Assembly: GCA_049968235.1 (NCBI GenBank) | Contig: JBMFRC010000012.1 | Location: 33,366 to 97,365 of the forward strand | Direction: 5' to 3' | Origin: Candidatus Hydrogenedens sp. | GTDB lineage: Bacteria; Hydrogenedentota; Hydrogenedentia; Hydrogenedentales; Hydrogenedentaceae | DNA length: 64,000 nt | Program-made: the position numbers and the translations under genes | In this document: positions 50,713 through 64,000 of the stretch, in pieces | How the letters are laid out: each line of letters begins with the position of its first letter | Numbering within the stretch: position 1 is the first letter of the stretch | The notes under the pieces: model-generated | Told to the model about the DNA's origin: nothing | Seen by the model: the letters and a program-made list of their open reading frames with translations, nothing else | The model's database searches: none

Positions 50713-53700
50713 TTATTTGCCTCGCCACCCTTTATCCGGGATACTACAAGCAGACCATTTGTTCACATATGTCCCTTCTTTCTCTCTTGCACGAATCCAG
50801 TAATAGTAAACGACAGGGATTATTTTACTCCCTGAGCAGGAAAAGCCTTTTTTAATCACAGGGATTTCTGCTGTATAGTCACAATAATAGGGGAGAGAGG
50901 ATATTCCAAGGGAGATAGCGGTATTACAATTATCTTCCTTGTTTCTTAAAACTTCAAACTCATATTTACTTTTATCATTATCTATTTCCCACTCTATTAA
51001 TACATATTCAGAGTATTTGCCATCGGATGCAGTAACATGATACGGAACAGGAATAACAGAAGGGACTTCCCCTTCTTTTTCCCCTTCTGAAATTCCTTCC
51101 AACTCACCTTCTTTAAGAATAGTTCCTTCACCTGAACTATCTCCTTCCATAACTCCTTCATTTATCCCTTCATATATCCCTTCACCTATACCTTCAAATA
51201 CACCTTCGGTTATTCCCTCATGCGTTCCTTCCCATATCCCTTCTCCCTCGTTTATTCCTTCATTTATTCCTTCTATTACTCCTTCTTCGGGACCTTCGGT
51301 TATACCTTCATATCCACCTTCCACTGAACCTTCTCCATCTGGATTCCCTTCTTCAATTACAGGCTCTGGGTCAATATAATCCGGAATACCATTGTTATTT
51401 TTATCTTCGGTCCCTTCTATATAATCCGGAATACCATCATTATCACTATCGATATCGAGAAGATTAGGTATGTTATCACCATCGGTGTCGTCAATTCCCT
51501 CTACAATGTCAGGAATTCCATCTTTATCTGTGTCTTCAGATGTAATAATAGGTATAAATTGTAATCTATTATTTTTAGGATTATGCGTGATAAAAGAAAG
51601 TAAACCATAAGTATTGTATTTAAAATAATTTTCATTAATGATGGATATATAAGCAAATAGGTTATTATGTGCGAAGGAAAATACATTTGATATATATTCT
51701 GATTTAATTTGAAAAGACTTTTCTTTTAGGTTATATATAAATCTCTTTTTAGGTTGGCTGGGTATTTGCTCCGGTACCTGGTCAATATTTACAGGTATAT
51801 CTTTAATAAATCTTGATTCACAAAAAAATCCGATAGTGCTATTATCGTTATCTAATTTTAAATCGCTTGCTTTAACACCGAGAACCATTACATTAGATTT
51901 AAATAAATTAACATCAAATTCGGAAGCATTAAAAATATTTAATGGATATTGGACTTTAGCATCATCTTTTAAATTGGAAAGGACAGAAACAAACACATCA
52001 GAAGAAAGGGGAGGACTATCCCCGGAATAGGTTGTGGAATTATAAAGAGAATAGTCTGTTTTTCCGTCATTGTCGGCATCAATATAAATTATAAAATGAA
52101 CCTGATTCGGAGAACTCCATGATGAATAAGTAGAAACTAAAAAGTAAATTGAGGCATCTTCAATATTTCTCCCCTCAGGTAAATAAAATAAATTATCAGT
52201 AACTCCTAAATATTGAATATCTGCACAGGACATATATACAGGAAGATAATTTTGTCTTTTACTTATACCTTTTGATTCAAAAAAAGATATAAATGCACTT
52301 AAATCATAAGGGAAATTTTCACCTGTATATAATTCTCTACCCTCAACAGATAAGGATGCTGTATTTGATGTAGATAAATCTAAATAGGATGGATATAAAT
52401 TCAGGTTGGCAGTAGGTTGAATTTGAGCATATAGCGGAAGATATAAGATATTGTTGTTGGTTGTATCTTTTAAAGAAAGTATTCCACTCAATTCACTAAT
52501 CCACGAGCGATTGGGTTCATTATAACGGAAATCCAGAGAAGGGTCTCTATCATGTTTTAGCAACGATATATTTATATTTAGTAGAACCGGTAGGTCGGCA
52601 AACGAACCTGGACTTATAGTTGAGGAGATATTTTGGGGTAAAACAATATCTACACCTGAGATTGTTGTTCTTGGTAAATAAGATAATTCAAAACTTTTAG
52701 GTTGCATTGAACGATTTTCAATACGAATCCATCTCTCTTCCGACATTGACTCATAGACCTCCTGAGTATCAAATGTAAGAGAGACTAAATAAGGATTATC
52801 TTTGTCATAAAATAAAAAATCTGTGATTATACCATTAGAAAAATTGTTTCTACCTGCTCCTCCTATTTGTGGAGGAGCATAAATAGTCTCTCCTGTTTTA
52901 TATAAATAAGTATCATATGTCGCATTATTTATCAATATCGTTTTTATATTCTGGGCAGTTAATTCAGGTTTAATTTCCATTAACAAAGCGGAAAGTCCCG
53001 AGATATGTGGGGCAGACATGGATGTTCCCGAACTTAAACGATTAATAGGGTTAGAACCTAAATTTGCCGAATAAATATGTAACCCGGGAGCAGATATATC
53101 CGGTTTTAATACGATTTTCCCTGTGGAATACATAGCAGGTCCGCGTGAAGAAAAATAGGCAATTCGCGAAGGGATATTTCCTGTTAAACTTGTATCAGCA
53201 TCTTCACATGCGGAAACTGCAATAACACTTTCTGCCGAAGCGGGTGTCCCGAGTGAAAAGAAAGCATCCCCTCGATTTCCTGCAGAGACAACAATTAAAA
53301 TGCCTACTTTTGACGCATTATTACAAGCAACTGCCTCAGGAGTATCCGAAAAACCGAAGTCTTCACCTAAAGATAAATTTAATACATCTAAATGGTCTGA
53401 GAAATCATTATCCTGATTAGGGTCAATAGCCCATTCAATAGCAGGTATCAATATTTCGCTTTTAGGTGCATTAGAGAATATTTTTAAAGCATAGAGTTCT
53501 GTTTGGGGTGCAACACCGGGATAGACAGAAAAAGGACAATTGATAACTTGTTGTGTGTATCCTGATGTATAAGTTATACCATTCAATACGCCGTAACCAC
53601 CAATGATGCCAGCGACATGTGTCCCATGTCCATGTTGGTCAAAAGGGTCAGGGTCGGGAATAGGTATATTTTTCCCATATACTTCAGGGTCATAATCTTC

Positions 53701-54330
53701 CCCTACAAAATCGTATCCACCTGCTATTTTCTTTGTAGGAAATGGCACATCCCCTATGATAGTTGGGTCGTTGTTCCTATAATCTTGCTGTATCCCAGAG
53801 CCTCCAAAATCTTTATGTATATAATCAATTCCCGTGTCAATAATACCGACCTTTATCCCTTTTCCTGTGGCTCTATAATTACTCCATACCGTAGGTGCCC
53901 CTGTAAAAGGCAAACTCTTTGATAAACTAATACTTACACGGGATAAAGGATAAATTGCTTTTATATCGTTATCTGATTGCAATTTTTGAACATGGTCTAA
54001 TTCCAGATATGCACCAATTCCGTTAAATACTTTTTGAACAGTAAAAAGTATATTTTCTTCAACACTTTTCTTTTTTGTAATTTTGTTTATAAATGCCTTT
54101 TGTTCGTCTTCGATTTTTTTTATATATTCTTTAATCTGTATAGAATTTTCAGTTGATAATGTTTTGTCCATTTTTAATTGAGAAAAATATTCGACGCCAC
54201 ATGGAGTATTTAACTCAATAATAACGGGGATACGATCTGTAGATGAAGCGTTATATATACTAAAAAAAAGTACTAATATAAAAGCAATAATTAAGATTTT
54301 TGCTTTTGAGAATAAGCAGTGGTTTTTCAT
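50713..54330 (-). CDS. Large secreted subtilisin-like serine protease (peptidase S8) with PA-like insert, Asp-rich Ca-binding-like repeats and EG-rich repeat tail
   Basis: The catalytic triad blocks are VGIIDTGID (Asp), HGTHVAGII (His) and [11 protein letters not shown] (Ser). I chose the start at MKNHC, which has a signal peptide. Confidence 0.85.
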   Translation of the reverse strand: MKNHCLFSKAKILIIAFILVLFFSIYNASSTDRIPVIIELNTPCGVEYFSQLKMDKTLSTENSIQIKEYIKKIEDEQKAFINKITKKKSVEENILFTVQKVFNGIGAYLELDHVQKLQSDNDIKAIYPLSRVSISLSKSLPFTGAPTVWSNYRATGKGIKVGIIDTGIDYIHKDFGGSGIQQDYRNNDPTIIGDVPFPTKKIAGGYDFVGEDYDPEVYGKNIPIPDPDPFDQHGHGTHVAGIIGGYGVLNGITYTSGYTQQVINCPFSVYPGVAPQTELYALKIFSNAPKSEILIPAIEWAIDPNQDNDFSDHLDVLNLSLGEDFGFSDTPEAVACNNASKVGILIVVSAGNRGDAFFSLGTPASAESVIAVSACEDADTSLTGNIPSRIAYFSSRGPAMYSTGKIVLKPDISAPGLHIYSANLGSNPINRLSSGTSMSAPHISGLSALLMEIKPELTAQNIKTILINNATYDTYLYKTGETIYAPPQIGGAGRNNFSNGIITDFLFYDKDNPYLVSLTFDTQEVYESMSEERWIRIENRSMQPKSFELSYLPRTTISGVDIVLPQNISSTISPGSFADLPVLLNINISLLKHDRDPSLDFRYNEPNRSWISELSGILSLKDTTNNNILYLPLYAQIQPTANLNLYPSYLDLSTSNTASLSVEGRELYTGENFPYDLSAFISFFESKGISKRQNYLPVYMSCADIQYLGVTDNLFYLPEGRNIEDASIYFLVSTYSSWSSPNQVHFIIYIDADNDGKTDYSLYNSTTYSGDSPPLSSDVFVSVLSNLKDDAKVQYPLNIFNASEFDVNLFKSNVMVLGVKASDLKLDNDNSTIGFFCESRFIKDIPVNIDQVPEQIPSQPKKRFIYNLKEKSFQIKSEYISNVFSFAHNNLFAYISIINENYFKYNTYGLLSFITHNPKNNRLQFIPIITSEDTDKDGIPDIVEGIDDTDGDNIPNLLDIDSDNDGIPDYIEGTEDKNNNGIPDYIDPEPVIEEGNPDGEGSVEGGYEGITEGPEEGVIEGINEGINEGEGIWEGTHEGITEGVFEGIGEGIYEGINEGVMEGDSSGEGTILKEGELEGISEGEKEGEVPSVIPVPYHVTASDGKYSEYVLIEWEIDNDKSKYEFEVLRNKEDNCNTAISLGISSLPYYCDYTAEIPVIKKGFSCSGSKIIPVVYYYWIRAREKEGTYVNKWSACSIPDKGWRGK
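51067..51354 (-). repeat. In-frame tandem EG-x-x repeat region (about 24 copies of E-G-[ITV]-x, 12-nt period) inside the S8 protease gene
   Basis: The protein reads [56 protein letters not shown]. On the plus strand, ccttc-containing 12-mers recur. Confidence 0.7.
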
Positions 54331-54390
54331 GCTATAATAAAAAATTCTATTTATTGTAATTATATAAACAATAACTATCACTTCTACATT

Positions 54391-55293
54391 ATGCCACAAA
54401 TTCACTATGATAAGAATTATAAAAAACAGTTAACACAAGTTACATTATTAGGTTTAATACTTAATATAACACTGGTTGCTTTCAAGGTTTGTGTAGGTTA
54501 TATTACACGAAGTCAAGCCCTTATTGCGGATGGTATACACAGTCTTTCCGACGCAATAACAGACCTCGCTGTGATACTGGGAGAACCTTTTTGGACAGCA
54601 CCTGCTGATATGGACCATCCCCATGGACATGGAAGAATAGAGATGATAATCACAATACTCATTGGCCTTTTACTTGGGGCAGTTGGTCTATTATTGGGTT
54701 TTCAGGCTATAAAATCTATTATTTCGTTTGAAAAAGAAAAAATTATATACTCTTTACCTATGACGATTGTTGCATTTATATCTGTAGTTACAAAAGAAGC
54801 ATTATATCAGTATACCGTCTTTGTAGGTAAAAGGATACATTCTTCGGCGGTTATAGCAAATGCATGGCATCATCGTTCTGATAGTCTGAGTTCAATCCCT
54901 GTGGTAATTGCAGGGATTGCAATTATGGTTAATCCTGCATATAGTATTTTAGACTCCATAGGTGCTTTAATAGTCTGTGTTCTAATTATATACTCTGCAT
55001 ATCGGATAATTATTCCCATGTTGAATATTTTGGTGGATAGCGGTATTACAGAGGAAGAAATGTCACGATTAAACGATATTGCTTCATCTATAGATGGAGT
55101 AAAAAGTATCCATGCAATAAGAAGTCGTAATATCGGCGGGGGATTTGCTATAGATTTGCATGTATTGGTTGACCCCCAGATGTCAGTCTTTGATGGGCAT
55201 ATCATAGCAGGAAAGGTAAAACATGCACTTTTAGAAAAAGGTCAAGATATTGTAGATGTTCTTATTCATATTGAACCTTATGAAAAAAAATAA
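54391..55293 (+). CDS. Cation diffusion facilitator (CDF) family metal efflux transporter
   Basis: CDF signature [10 protein letters not shown] and a second site HHRSDSLSS. Six TM helices plus a C-terminal cytoplasmic domain. I chose the start at MPQIHY (54391). Confidence 0.85.
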   Translation: MPQIHYDKNYKKQLTQVTLLGLILNITLVAFKVCVGYITRSQALIADGIHSLSDAITDLAVILGEPFWTAPADMDHPHGHGRIEMIITILIGLLLGAVGLLLGFQAIKSIISFEKEKIIYSLPMTIVAFISVVTKEALYQYTVFVGKRIHSSAVIANAWHHRSDSLSSIPVVIAGIAIMVNPAYSILDSIGALIVCVLIIYSAYRIIIPMLNILVDSGITEEEMSRLNDIASSIDGVKSIHAIRSRNIGGGFAIDLHVLVDPQMSVFDGHIIAGKVKHALLEKGQDIVDVLIHIEPYEKK

Positions 55294-55314
55294 CAATATA
55301 TTGATAAGTAAAGA

Positions 55315-56450
55315 TTAAAATACTTGAAAAATAGCACATTTAAGATATGATAATTCAGGCATGATTAAAATTTCGGGATGGTCCGGTGAAGCACCATGCT
55401 GTTCTAATAACCGTATATCTCTCGACTCATTTCTCGATGCCCTTTTAATAATCTCACGAAAATCGGAAAATGAAATAAAATGAGAACAAGAACAAGTAAT
55501 AAGAAACCCTCCCTTTTTTATATGTTTCATTGCTATAGAATTAATTCTCTGATATTTCAAGAATGCTTTTTTAAAATCGTTTTTTTTCTTTGCATAAGCA
55601 GGTGGGTCTAATATAATTACATCAAAATCTTCTTTCAAATTTTGTTGGAAATATTCCTCAACATCAATATTATAAAAATCTGCATAATGGATATATTTGT
55701 TAATTTCTAAATTTTTTTTTGCTATATCAATGGCTTCTTTAGAAGAATCTACTCCTATAACATATTTTGCGCCCGCCTGAATACTATGACATGTCCACAA
55801 TCCCACATAACAAAAACAATCAAGAATTTTTGCTTCTTTTGTATATTTTTGTGAATAGAGGTAATTAAGTCTCTGGTCAAGAAAAAGCCCCGTTTTTTGT
55901 GCCTTTTTGATAGGAACAATAATATTGAGTTTATTTATATTGCATACAATCTCATTGGGGATATCTGGGAATAAGTCTTCTTGTAGTTTGTTGTATACAT
56001 GTTGGATACCCTCGAATTTTTTTATTGCTTCTAATAAATAATGACTATAGACATTGTAAAACTTACATTGAGAATTTATAATGACTATCGATTGGTATCT
56101 ATCAACAATAAGCCCTGGCAGTTTGTCACTTTCTGCATGTATCCAGCGATAAATATCGGAATTACTGAATAATTTGTTTCTAAGGTGTAGAGCGGTAGAT
56201 AATCGCTTTAAGAAAAAATGGGTATTTATTTCTTCTTGATGATAGGTTAATACGCGGGCAAAAATATTTCCTTCTGCCTGGTAAAACCCTCTACAAATGA
56301 AACGACCCTTCAAATTATATATATCAACAATATCTCCGTCATTAACAGGTTCATATTTTAATATTTCATTTTTATATACCCATAAATGTCCGCGCAATAT
56401 TCTTTTTTCTTCATTTTCTTTTATACAAGCAGTTGGTATATGTTTATTCA

Positions 56451-56451
<1 letters not shown>
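55315..56451 (-). CDS. rlmI: Class I SAM-dependent rRNA methyltransferase, RlmI/RlmK-like (PUA-like N-terminus)
   Basis: SAM-binding ILDCFCYVGLWT...VIGVDSS and an N-terminal PUA-like region. Its start overlaps the atpC stop. Confidence 0.7.
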
Positions 56452-58270
<1,819 letters not shown>

Positions 58271-58277
58271 TTAAATC

Positions 58278-59153
58278 CTATTCCATTGATTCTGTCCCAC
58301 TTATTACTTCCAACATCTCTTTCGTGATAAGTTCTTGCCTGGTTTTATTAAAAACTACTCTCAGATTTTGTAAAGTTTCCTCTGCATTTTTAGTTGCAAC
58401 TTCCATGGCTTGCCTTCGGGCTAATTGCTCGCAGGCTAATGATTCATGAAAAATACGATGCATCTCGGAAATCAAAAATAATTCACAAGTTCGCGTTACG
58501 ACATCATCGATATGGGGTTCTATAAGCCAATTATATTGCTTTATATTTTCAGGATTATCCTGATTTCCCTTAATAGTGAGAGGTAGTAATTGCTCCATTT
58601 CTATTTTTGTAGTATAAGAAAGACCTAATTTTGTATAAATAATAAATACAGAATCGGTAACACCATTTATAACATACCTTGATAATTCATGAACCAAAGA
58701 TGAGACTTTATCCAGAGAATAATCTTCAAAAAAATTACGATATGATTTCTTTACGGATATATGGTGGTATTTAAATGCGTCATTACCTTTATTACCTAAA
58801 GAAATTAAATCTATATTTTTACCGTGAAACATATTTTTTAATATATCTTTTGTCTTTTGGACAATAGCAGTATTAAAACCACCGCATAAACCGTGGTCAC
58901 TTGTGATTACCAGAATGGATATATTTTGAATTGTTTTTCGGGGCGAAATTAGAGGATGATTGGGTTGAAAGTCAGATAAAGTATTAAGATATTGCCATAA
59001 TTTATTTAATTCATCAGGAAGAATCCGACTTACAATAAGGGCGTTTTGGGCTCGTTTGAGCCGAACCGTCGCAACCATTTTAATTGCTTTTGTTATTTTC
59101 TGGGTGTTTTCGATTGTATTTATTTTGTTCCGTAACTCTTGGATGCTACTCAT
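58278..59153 (-). CDS. atpG: F-type ATP synthase gamma subunit
   Basis: [28 protein letters not shown] is the canonical gamma N-terminus. I chose this start because it overlaps the atpA stop. Confidence 0.9.
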   Translation of the reverse strand: MSSIQELRNKINTIENTQKITKAIKMVATVRLKRAQNALIVSRILPDELNKLWQYLNTLSDFQPNHPLISPRKTIQNISILVITSDHGLCGGFNTAIVQKTKDILKNMFHGKNIDLISLGNKGNDAFKYHHISVKKSYRNFFEDYSLDKVSSLVHELSRYVINGVTDSVFIIYTKLGLSYTTKIEMEQLLPLTIKGNQDNPENIKQYNWLIEPHIDDVVTRTCELFLISEMHRIFHESLACEQLARRQAMEVATKNAEETLQNLRVVFNKTRQELITKEMLEVISGTESME

Positions 59154-60679
59154 AAATGTGCACCTTCTTTCCATTTCTCAGAAAGGAAACGATGAATAAG
59201 GTTATCCATCTGATTTTGAATTTCATCTGTCCATTTGTTATTTGTTCCGAGATATTCATAAAGAGAGGGATTTTCTGTTTTTATATAGGCAATTAATTCC
59301 TTTTCAAATCGAGGTAATGCATTCACTGATATATTATCAAGCATTCCGGAAATACCAGCATGAATAATAATAATTTCATCGGCTAATGGAAGGGTTTCAA
59401 AACGATTTTGAACCAAAATTTTTGTAAGCCTTTTACCCCTTTCCAATTGAGCCTTTGAGGATTCATCAAGTTCACTTCCAAATTGAGCAAATACCTCTAA
59501 TTCACGGTACTGTGCCATTAAAACACGCAATGTTCCCGCAATCTTTTTCATAATAGGGGTTTGTGCAGAACCACCTACACGGGATACACTAATTCCAGGA
59601 TTTATCGCTGGTCGTATCCCTGAATGAAATAGAGATGATTCCAAGTATATTTGTCCATCTGTTATCGAAATCACATTTGTTGGAATGTAGGCAGAAACAT
59701 CTCCTTCCTGGGTTTCAATAATAGGAAGAGCAGTTAAAGTTCCCCCCCCTAAAGAAGGGTGAAGACAAGCAGATCTTTCCAGTAAACGGCTGTGTAAATA
59801 GAAAATATCACCCGGGTAAGCTTCCCTTCCCGGTGGTCTCCTTAGTAATAGAGATATTTGACGATAAGCACTTGCATGTTTTGATAAATCATCATAAACA
59901 ATAAGAACATGCTTACCTTTATCACGAAAATACTCTCCAATCGCACAACCTGAAAAAGGAGCCAAATATTGCATTGGGGCAGGTTCTGAAGCCGTTGCGG
60001 AAACAACAACTGTATATTTCATTGCACCGTAGTTTATAAGGTCACTTACAATTTGTGCCACTGTTGAACGCTTTTGTCCTATAGCCACATAGATACAAAT
60101 AATATCTTTATCTTTTTGATGTATGATAGTATCGATGGCTATGGATGTTTTACCTGTTTGTCTATCTCCAATTATTAATTCACGTTGTCCTCTACCGATA
60201 GGTACCATAGAATCAATGGCTTTTATACCTGTATGTAGGGGTACAGTTACGGGTGTTCTATCAATAATGCCCGGGGCAATTCTTTCAACTGGATAATGTT
60301 CTTCCGCTTGAATAGGTCCTCCAGTATCAACAGGCTCACCAATGGCATTAACTACACGACCCAAAATGGATTCTCCAACAGGAACAGAGGATATTCTCCA
60401 TGTTCTTTTAGCAACATCACCTTCTTTTATTAGTTCGTAATCGCCGAGAAGTATAATCCCTACATGGTCTTCTTCTAAACTAAAAACAATTCCTTTCACT
60501 CCATGGGGCAAAACAATTAATTCCCCTATAAAAGCATTTTCTAATCCAAATACACGAGCAATCCCATCACCGCTTTGAATAACTGTTCCTGTTTCTGAAA
60601 CATCAATAGCACTCGAATATAGACTTATTTGTTGTTTGATAAGGTTGGTAATCTCATCAATTCGCGGATTATATGACAT
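59150..60679 (-). CDS. atpA: F-type ATP synthase alpha subunit
   Basis: P-loop GDRQTGKT and a length of 509 aa. Confidence 0.95.
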   Translation of the reverse strand: MSYNPRIDEITNLIKQQISLYSSAIDVSETGTVIQSGDGIARVFGLENAFIGELIVLPHGVKGIVFSLEEDHVGIILLGDYELIKEGDVAKRTWRISSVPVGESILGRVVNAIGEPVDTGGPIQAEEHYPVERIAPGIIDRTPVTVPLHTGIKAIDSMVPIGRGQRELIIGDRQTGKTSIAIDTIIHQKDKDIICIYVAIGQKRSTVAQIVSDLINYGAMKYTVVVSATASEPAPMQYLAPFSGCAIGEYFRDKGKHVLIVYDDLSKHASAYRQISLLLRRPPGREAYPGDIFYLHSRLLERSACLHPSLGGGTLTALPIIETQEGDVSAYIPTNVISITDGQIYLESSLFHSGIRPAINPGISVSRVGGSAQTPIMKKIAGTLRVLMAQYRELEVFAQFGSELDESSKAQLERGKRLTKILVQNRFETLPLADEIIIIHAGISGMLDNISVNALPRFEKELIAYIKTENPSLYEYLGTNNKWTDEIQNQMDNLIHRFLSEKWKEGAHL

Positions 60680-61241
60680 GGATAGAAATTTCCTTTTTCA
60701 TAATTTCTTCTTTTAACTTTTCCAATTGCGTCCTATAACTAAAATCGAAAGAAAAACCATAGAAATGGATAATAATTCCTCCTAATATACCCGGATTAAT
60801 ATGCTTTATCAGTCGCACTTTTTTTTCAGTAAATCGTTCCAGTGTTTTAATAAGCGATTTTTCAGATTCTTCAGGTAAATGTGTTGCAGTTGTAACTTCA
60901 ACTTCAATTCTATTTAACCAGGGGTCAATTTTATCTGAAAATACTTTTGATATTTCTCTTATTATTCCGACACGATTATGTTTTACAAGAAAGTTAGCAA
61001 AATTTCTAAAATATTCAGGAGAATCAGTAATGTCAAGAATTTGATTTAGTACCTTCTTTTTTAGTTCAAAAGGAATAACTGGATTAGTTAGAAAAGTAAG
61101 GAGTTTCGGTTCTCTTTTTAATAAATATGTAAGTAGCTGATAAGTTTTATTCACTTTAATGAGGTCTTTTTCGTCTTTTATAAAAGACTTCAGAGCCTCT
61201 GCATATCTTTGGGCTAATCTATTTCGTACTGTAAAGTTCAT
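60669..61241 (-). CDS. atpH: F-type ATP synthase delta (OSCP) subunit
   Basis: 190 aa, helical OSCP-like, sitting between atpF and atpA. Confidence 0.75.
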   Translation of the reverse strand: MNFTVRNRLAQRYAEALKSFIKDEKDLIKVNKTYQLLTYLLKREPKLLTFLTNPVIPFELKKKVLNQILDITDSPEYFRNFANFLVKHNRVGIIREISKVFSDKIDPWLNRIEVEVTTATHLPEESEKSLIKTLERFTEKKVRLIKHINPGILGGIIIHFYGFSFDFSYRTQLEKLKEEIMKKEISIHVI

Positions 61242-61256
61242 TTCCTTTTCCCAAAT

Positions 61257-62042
61257 TTATGAAATCATAGTTATCAAAAAATTGAATTTTTCAACGGTCT
61301 GTGCCAATCGTTCTGGTGTCTCTGTTGCCATTAATTCTTGTTCAGCCTTTTTTATTGATTCTTCTATGAGTTGCTTTTTTACTTCATTAATACAATGCAA
61401 GATTGCTTCTCGTTTTCTTGTTTCCAATAAAAATTTAATTTGTTCTAAAGCCTGTTGGTTTTGAGTTTCAATTTCAGATAGTCGTTGAGCCAGAAAGGAT
61501 TCTTTGTAATACTCCTTTTCTTTTATTACTGATGGTAGCGTTTGGTAAACATTCTTTGCCTCTTCCATTTCTTTACTACTTTGTCGTATACGATTATCAA
61601 TTTCATTTTGTTTGTCTAATATATGCCTCTGGTAGGTATGTATGTAATCCAGTAAAGGTTTCCAGCCAAAGTGAAAAACAATAAAAATAATAATAAAAAA
61701 ATCTAATGTTTTGAACCACAATGTGTAATAAAAAATTCTGTTTTTCTCTTTAAGAAAATCAGGACTTTTTTCATAGTTTAATGCAAAATGAAATTTATCC
61801 AATTCTTCAGGTGTCCCTTTATATAAATGGGGTCTCTGTAAAAATTTGTAATAATTAGCATTTTTACGAATTTCTTTATAAATACCATGTTCCTTTTCAT
61901 ATTTTTGCAAATAATTTTTTGATAAATTAGGTGAATGAAAAAAATAAATTCCCCCTATTATACCTATAAGGTAAAATATTAAAATCCTTATAAAGAATTT
62001 CTTATGTTGACCTAAAAAATTCGTTTTTGTTGTAACAGGCAT
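61257..62042 (-). CDS. atpF: F-type ATP synthase b subunit with ~100-aa N-terminal extension containing an extra TM helix
   Basis: The C-terminal 150 aa form a TM helix plus a long coiled coil, typical of b. The N-terminal 100 aa have no counterpart in standard b subunits. Confidence 0.55.
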   Translation of the reverse strand: MPVTTKTNFLGQHKKFFIRILIFYLIGIIGGIYFFHSPNLSKNYLQKYEKEHGIYKEIRKNANYYKFLQRPHLYKGTPEELDKFHFALNYEKSPDFLKEKNRIFYYTLWFKTLDFFIIIFIVFHFGWKPLLDYIHTYQRHILDKQNEIDNRIRQSSKEMEEAKNVYQTLPSVIKEKEYYKESFLAQRLSEIETQNQQALEQIKFLLETRKREAILHCINEVKKQLIEESIKKAEQELMATETPERLAQTVEKFNFLITMIS

Positions 62043-62443
62043 TGGATTATCTTCTCTGATAACATTTCTGCATGTGTTTTAATCTCTATATTATTCATAC
62101 AAAATTGTTTTTCTAATTCATTTCGGAAAAGGATTAGTTGCTCATGTGCTTTTTTTTGTTCCTTTTCAATTAATGCTCTTTGTTGAATGTAGGCATCATG
62201 TATCGTATTATCTATTTTGAGATCAAGTGCTTTTTGAACCTGTTCTATTTTTCTTTTGTAATCTTCCCTAAACTCTTTTGTCTTCTGATTTATACTTTCA
62301 ATTTCAGTTTCTTTTTTTTGGAAATAATCTTCTCGTTCTTTAATTGTTCGCAAAAGGGGCTTCCAGATATATTTCCTTGCAACAATAAAAAATAGAAGGA
62401 ATAAAATAAATTCAATGAATAATGTTAAGTTTATACTAATCAT
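62012..62443 (-). CDS. F-type ATP synthase b-prime subunit
   Basis: 143 aa with a single N-terminal TM (FILFLLFFIVARKYIWKPL) and a charged coiled coil. Confidence 0.65.
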   Translation of the reverse strand: MISINLTLFIEFILFLLFFIVARKYIWKPLLRTIKEREDYFQKKETEIESINQKTKEFREDYKRKIEQVQKALDLKIDNTIHDAYIQQRALIEKEQKKAHEQLILFRNELEKQFCMNNIEIKTHAEMLSEKIIQCLLQQKRIF

Positions 62444-62454
62444 ATATCACAGAT

Positions 62455-62760
62455 TTACACCATAAAGAAAAGGATAATAATTGCTATTACCAATGCATAT
62501 ATAACAACCGATTCTGTAACGGCTTGACCTATTATCATTGTTCGTGTTACAAGTCCCGTTGCTTCAGGATTCCGTGCTACTCCTTCACACGCCTTTCCTG
62601 CTGCATAGCCTTCGGAAAGAGCTGCTCCTAAACCTGCCACTGCAATAGTCAAACCCGCAGATATGCACGCAAATATTACTCGTAAATCTTCCCCTGTAAT
62701 AGGAATAGCAGAATTCTGTTGGGCTGTTTCTGCCGTTTGGACGAAAACAAAATCTAGCAT
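62455..62760 (-). CDS. atpE: F-type ATP synthase c subunit (proteolipid)
   Basis: Two-TM hairpin GLGAALSEGYAAGKACEGVARNPEA...IIGQAVTESVVIYALVIA with the conserved carboxylate. I chose the start at MLDFVF. Confidence 0.85.
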   Translation of the reverse strand: MLDFVFVQTAETAQQNSAIPITGEDLRVIFACISAGLTIAVAGLGAALSEGYAAGKACEGVARNPEATGLVTRTMIIGQAVTESVVIYALVIAIIILFFMV

Positions 62761-62801
62761 GTTATACCATGTGTGAATACCCATAAATTATCTCCTTATA
62801 G

Positions 62802-63566
62802 TTAATTATTTTCTGCTAAGTAAGATGAAATATATACTGTTGTTAAAGAAGCAAAAACAAATGCTTGAATAAATGCCTCAAAACCGGTTAATAACATATT
62901 AAAAATAATAGGTACAAAAATATAGAAAGTGAGTGTCGCAATAACAACACTTACAATGCCTGAACCTAAAGTGTTTCCAAAAAGACGACATGAGAGGGAA
63001 ATCACCTTAGAAATTTCCTCTATAATTTTGAAAGGGAAGAAAAAGAGGACAGAAAGTTTCTGTAATGTACTTTTTTGAGAACCCTCACTTTCATCATTAT
63101 ATAAAGGTCCTTGAAATTCGCGAATAAATCCACGCATTCCTTTATATTTTAGAGCAGTAATCCAACTATAAATAAGAGAGAAGAGAGCCAGAGCCACGGT
63201 GCAATTCAAATCGCTTGTTGGTTCTTCCATATAGGGAAGGGGAATTAAAGAAAATAAGATAGCAAAAAATATAAAAGAGAAGAGGGAAGAGACAAATGGT
63301 AATACTTCGTATAAAATATTAGCGTTGGAGGTTTCTAAAATTGGTTCAATTAAAGACTTAAACCATAGAATAACTATTTCAAGTAATGACTGTGTTCTTG
63401 TAGGAATGTGTTGAAAACGATGAGAAAACATATAACTTATAAAGAGTAAAGTCAATACTATAAAAAATGAAGATAGCACAGTAAAGACATGTATTCCCCC
63501 ACCCGGTATCAATATATCCGTACCGGGTATGTAATACAGAACCCATCGTCTTCCTATTTCTTCCAT
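62802..63566 (-). CDS. atpB: F-type ATP synthase a subunit
   Basis: Conserved R in LSCRLFGNTLGSGIV, 5-6 TM helices, 254 aa. Confidence 0.85.
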   Translation of the reverse strand: MEEIGRRWVLYYIPGTDILIPGGGIHVFTVLSSFFIVLTLLFISYMFSHRFQHIPTRTQSLLEIVILWFKSLIEPILETSNANILYEVLPFVSSLFSFIFFAILFSLIPLPYMEEPTSDLNCTVALALFSLIYSWITALKYKGMRGFIREFQGPLYNDESEGSQKSTLQKLSVLFFFPFKIIEEISKVISLSCRLFGNTLGSGIVSVVIATLTFYIFVPIIFNMLLTGFEAFIQAFVFASLTTVYISSYLAENN

Positions 63567-63637
63567 TATAAATGCCTGCTAATGTAATAATATATAAAAA
63601 TACATCAGATATTTCTACAATATGTAATCACAATAAT

Positions 63638-63997
63638 TTATGGTAAACTTGTATAATATGATACAACTCTTATTGTAATAGGTGCAATGAGTAGCCCTAA
63701 AAAAATTAAAAAAACCGTTGAAATTTCTCTTTCAGAAAAGTAAATCGTTAATGTAAAAAAAGATGTAATAAGAAACAATTTCATAACGCTACATAAAACA
63801 AAAAAGTTAACTTTTTTTGACAACAAATAAGATTCAAGATATGTATTATAAAGAACGGTTAAAGTTATATTAAATAAAGATGAAGTAGCAAAATAAATCG
63901 TTTTCAGTCCCAAAAAAATAGAAAAAAATATCGTAAAAAGAAATGATATAAATATCCCGGTAATAAAAAATGTCGAAATAAATTTTTGCCTACTCAT
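63638..63997 (-). CDS. Small hydrophobic protein upstream of atpB (AtpI-like)
   Basis: 119 aa with four predicted TM helices, in the atpI position. Confidence 0.4.
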   Translation of the reverse strand: MSRQKFISTFFITGIFISFLFTIFFSIFLGLKTIYFATSSLFNITLTVLYNTYLESYLLSKKVNFFVLCSVMKLFLITSFFTLTIYFSEREISTVFLIFLGLLIAPITIRVVSYYTSLP

Positions 63998-64000
63998 TTT

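Noticed and set aside
51067-51354. Periodic 12-nt repeats that could be mistaken for a CRISPR-like array
   Set aside because: The repeats are in-frame, encode EG-x-x units of a protease, lack spacer/repeat alternation and have no cas genes nearby.

Overview
This is a low-GC window (about 35% by eye) that reads as a chromosomal segment with dense, mostly co-directional genes; the lineage cannot be fixed from sequence alone. The one lineage hint is a prepilin-type N-terminal methylation domain protein with a DUF1559-like C-terminus at 36..1016, which is typical of Planctomycetota, the wider PVC superphylum and some candidate phyla. The standout feature, at 4.6-18.6 kb, is a complete, apparently Rex-regulated [FeFe]-hydrogenase locus. 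It begins with a near-consensus sigma70 promoter and two Rex-box-like inverted repeats. The gene order is rex, then a NuoE-like 2Fe-2S subunit (hndA-like), a thioredoxin-like ferredoxin (hndB-like), an inserted secreted GH42-like glycosidase, an unusual 1023-aa NuoF-like/GltD(NfnB)-like fusion flavoprotein, and the H-cluster subunit HydA carrying a non-canonical L1 motif, TSCSPGW. Downstream are a receiver-only response regulator and the maturase set hydG, an aspartate ammonia-lyase homolog, hydF and hydE. The rest of the window is housekeeping and envelope genes: leuCD, thrC-hom, lipA with a mini lipoyl-domain protein, bactofilin, two cytoplasmic GH38 alpha-mannosidases, glutathione peroxidase, ligA, an Mla-type lipid transport locus (STAS-MlaE fusion, MlaF, MlaD, auxiliary lipoprotein), two metal transporters (DUF318 permease-HMA fusion and a CDF), a zinc-ribbon/TPR membrane-protein trio, a HAD-IIA hydrolase, an AlkP-superfamily sulfatase-like enzyme, a 1200-aa secreted S8 subtilase with EG-rich and Asp-rich repeats, an RlmI-like methyltransferase, and a full F-type ATP synthase operon (atpI-like, B, E, b-prime, b, H, A, G, D, C) on the minus strand. 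I found no CRISPR array, rRNA, tRNA or obvious mobile element.
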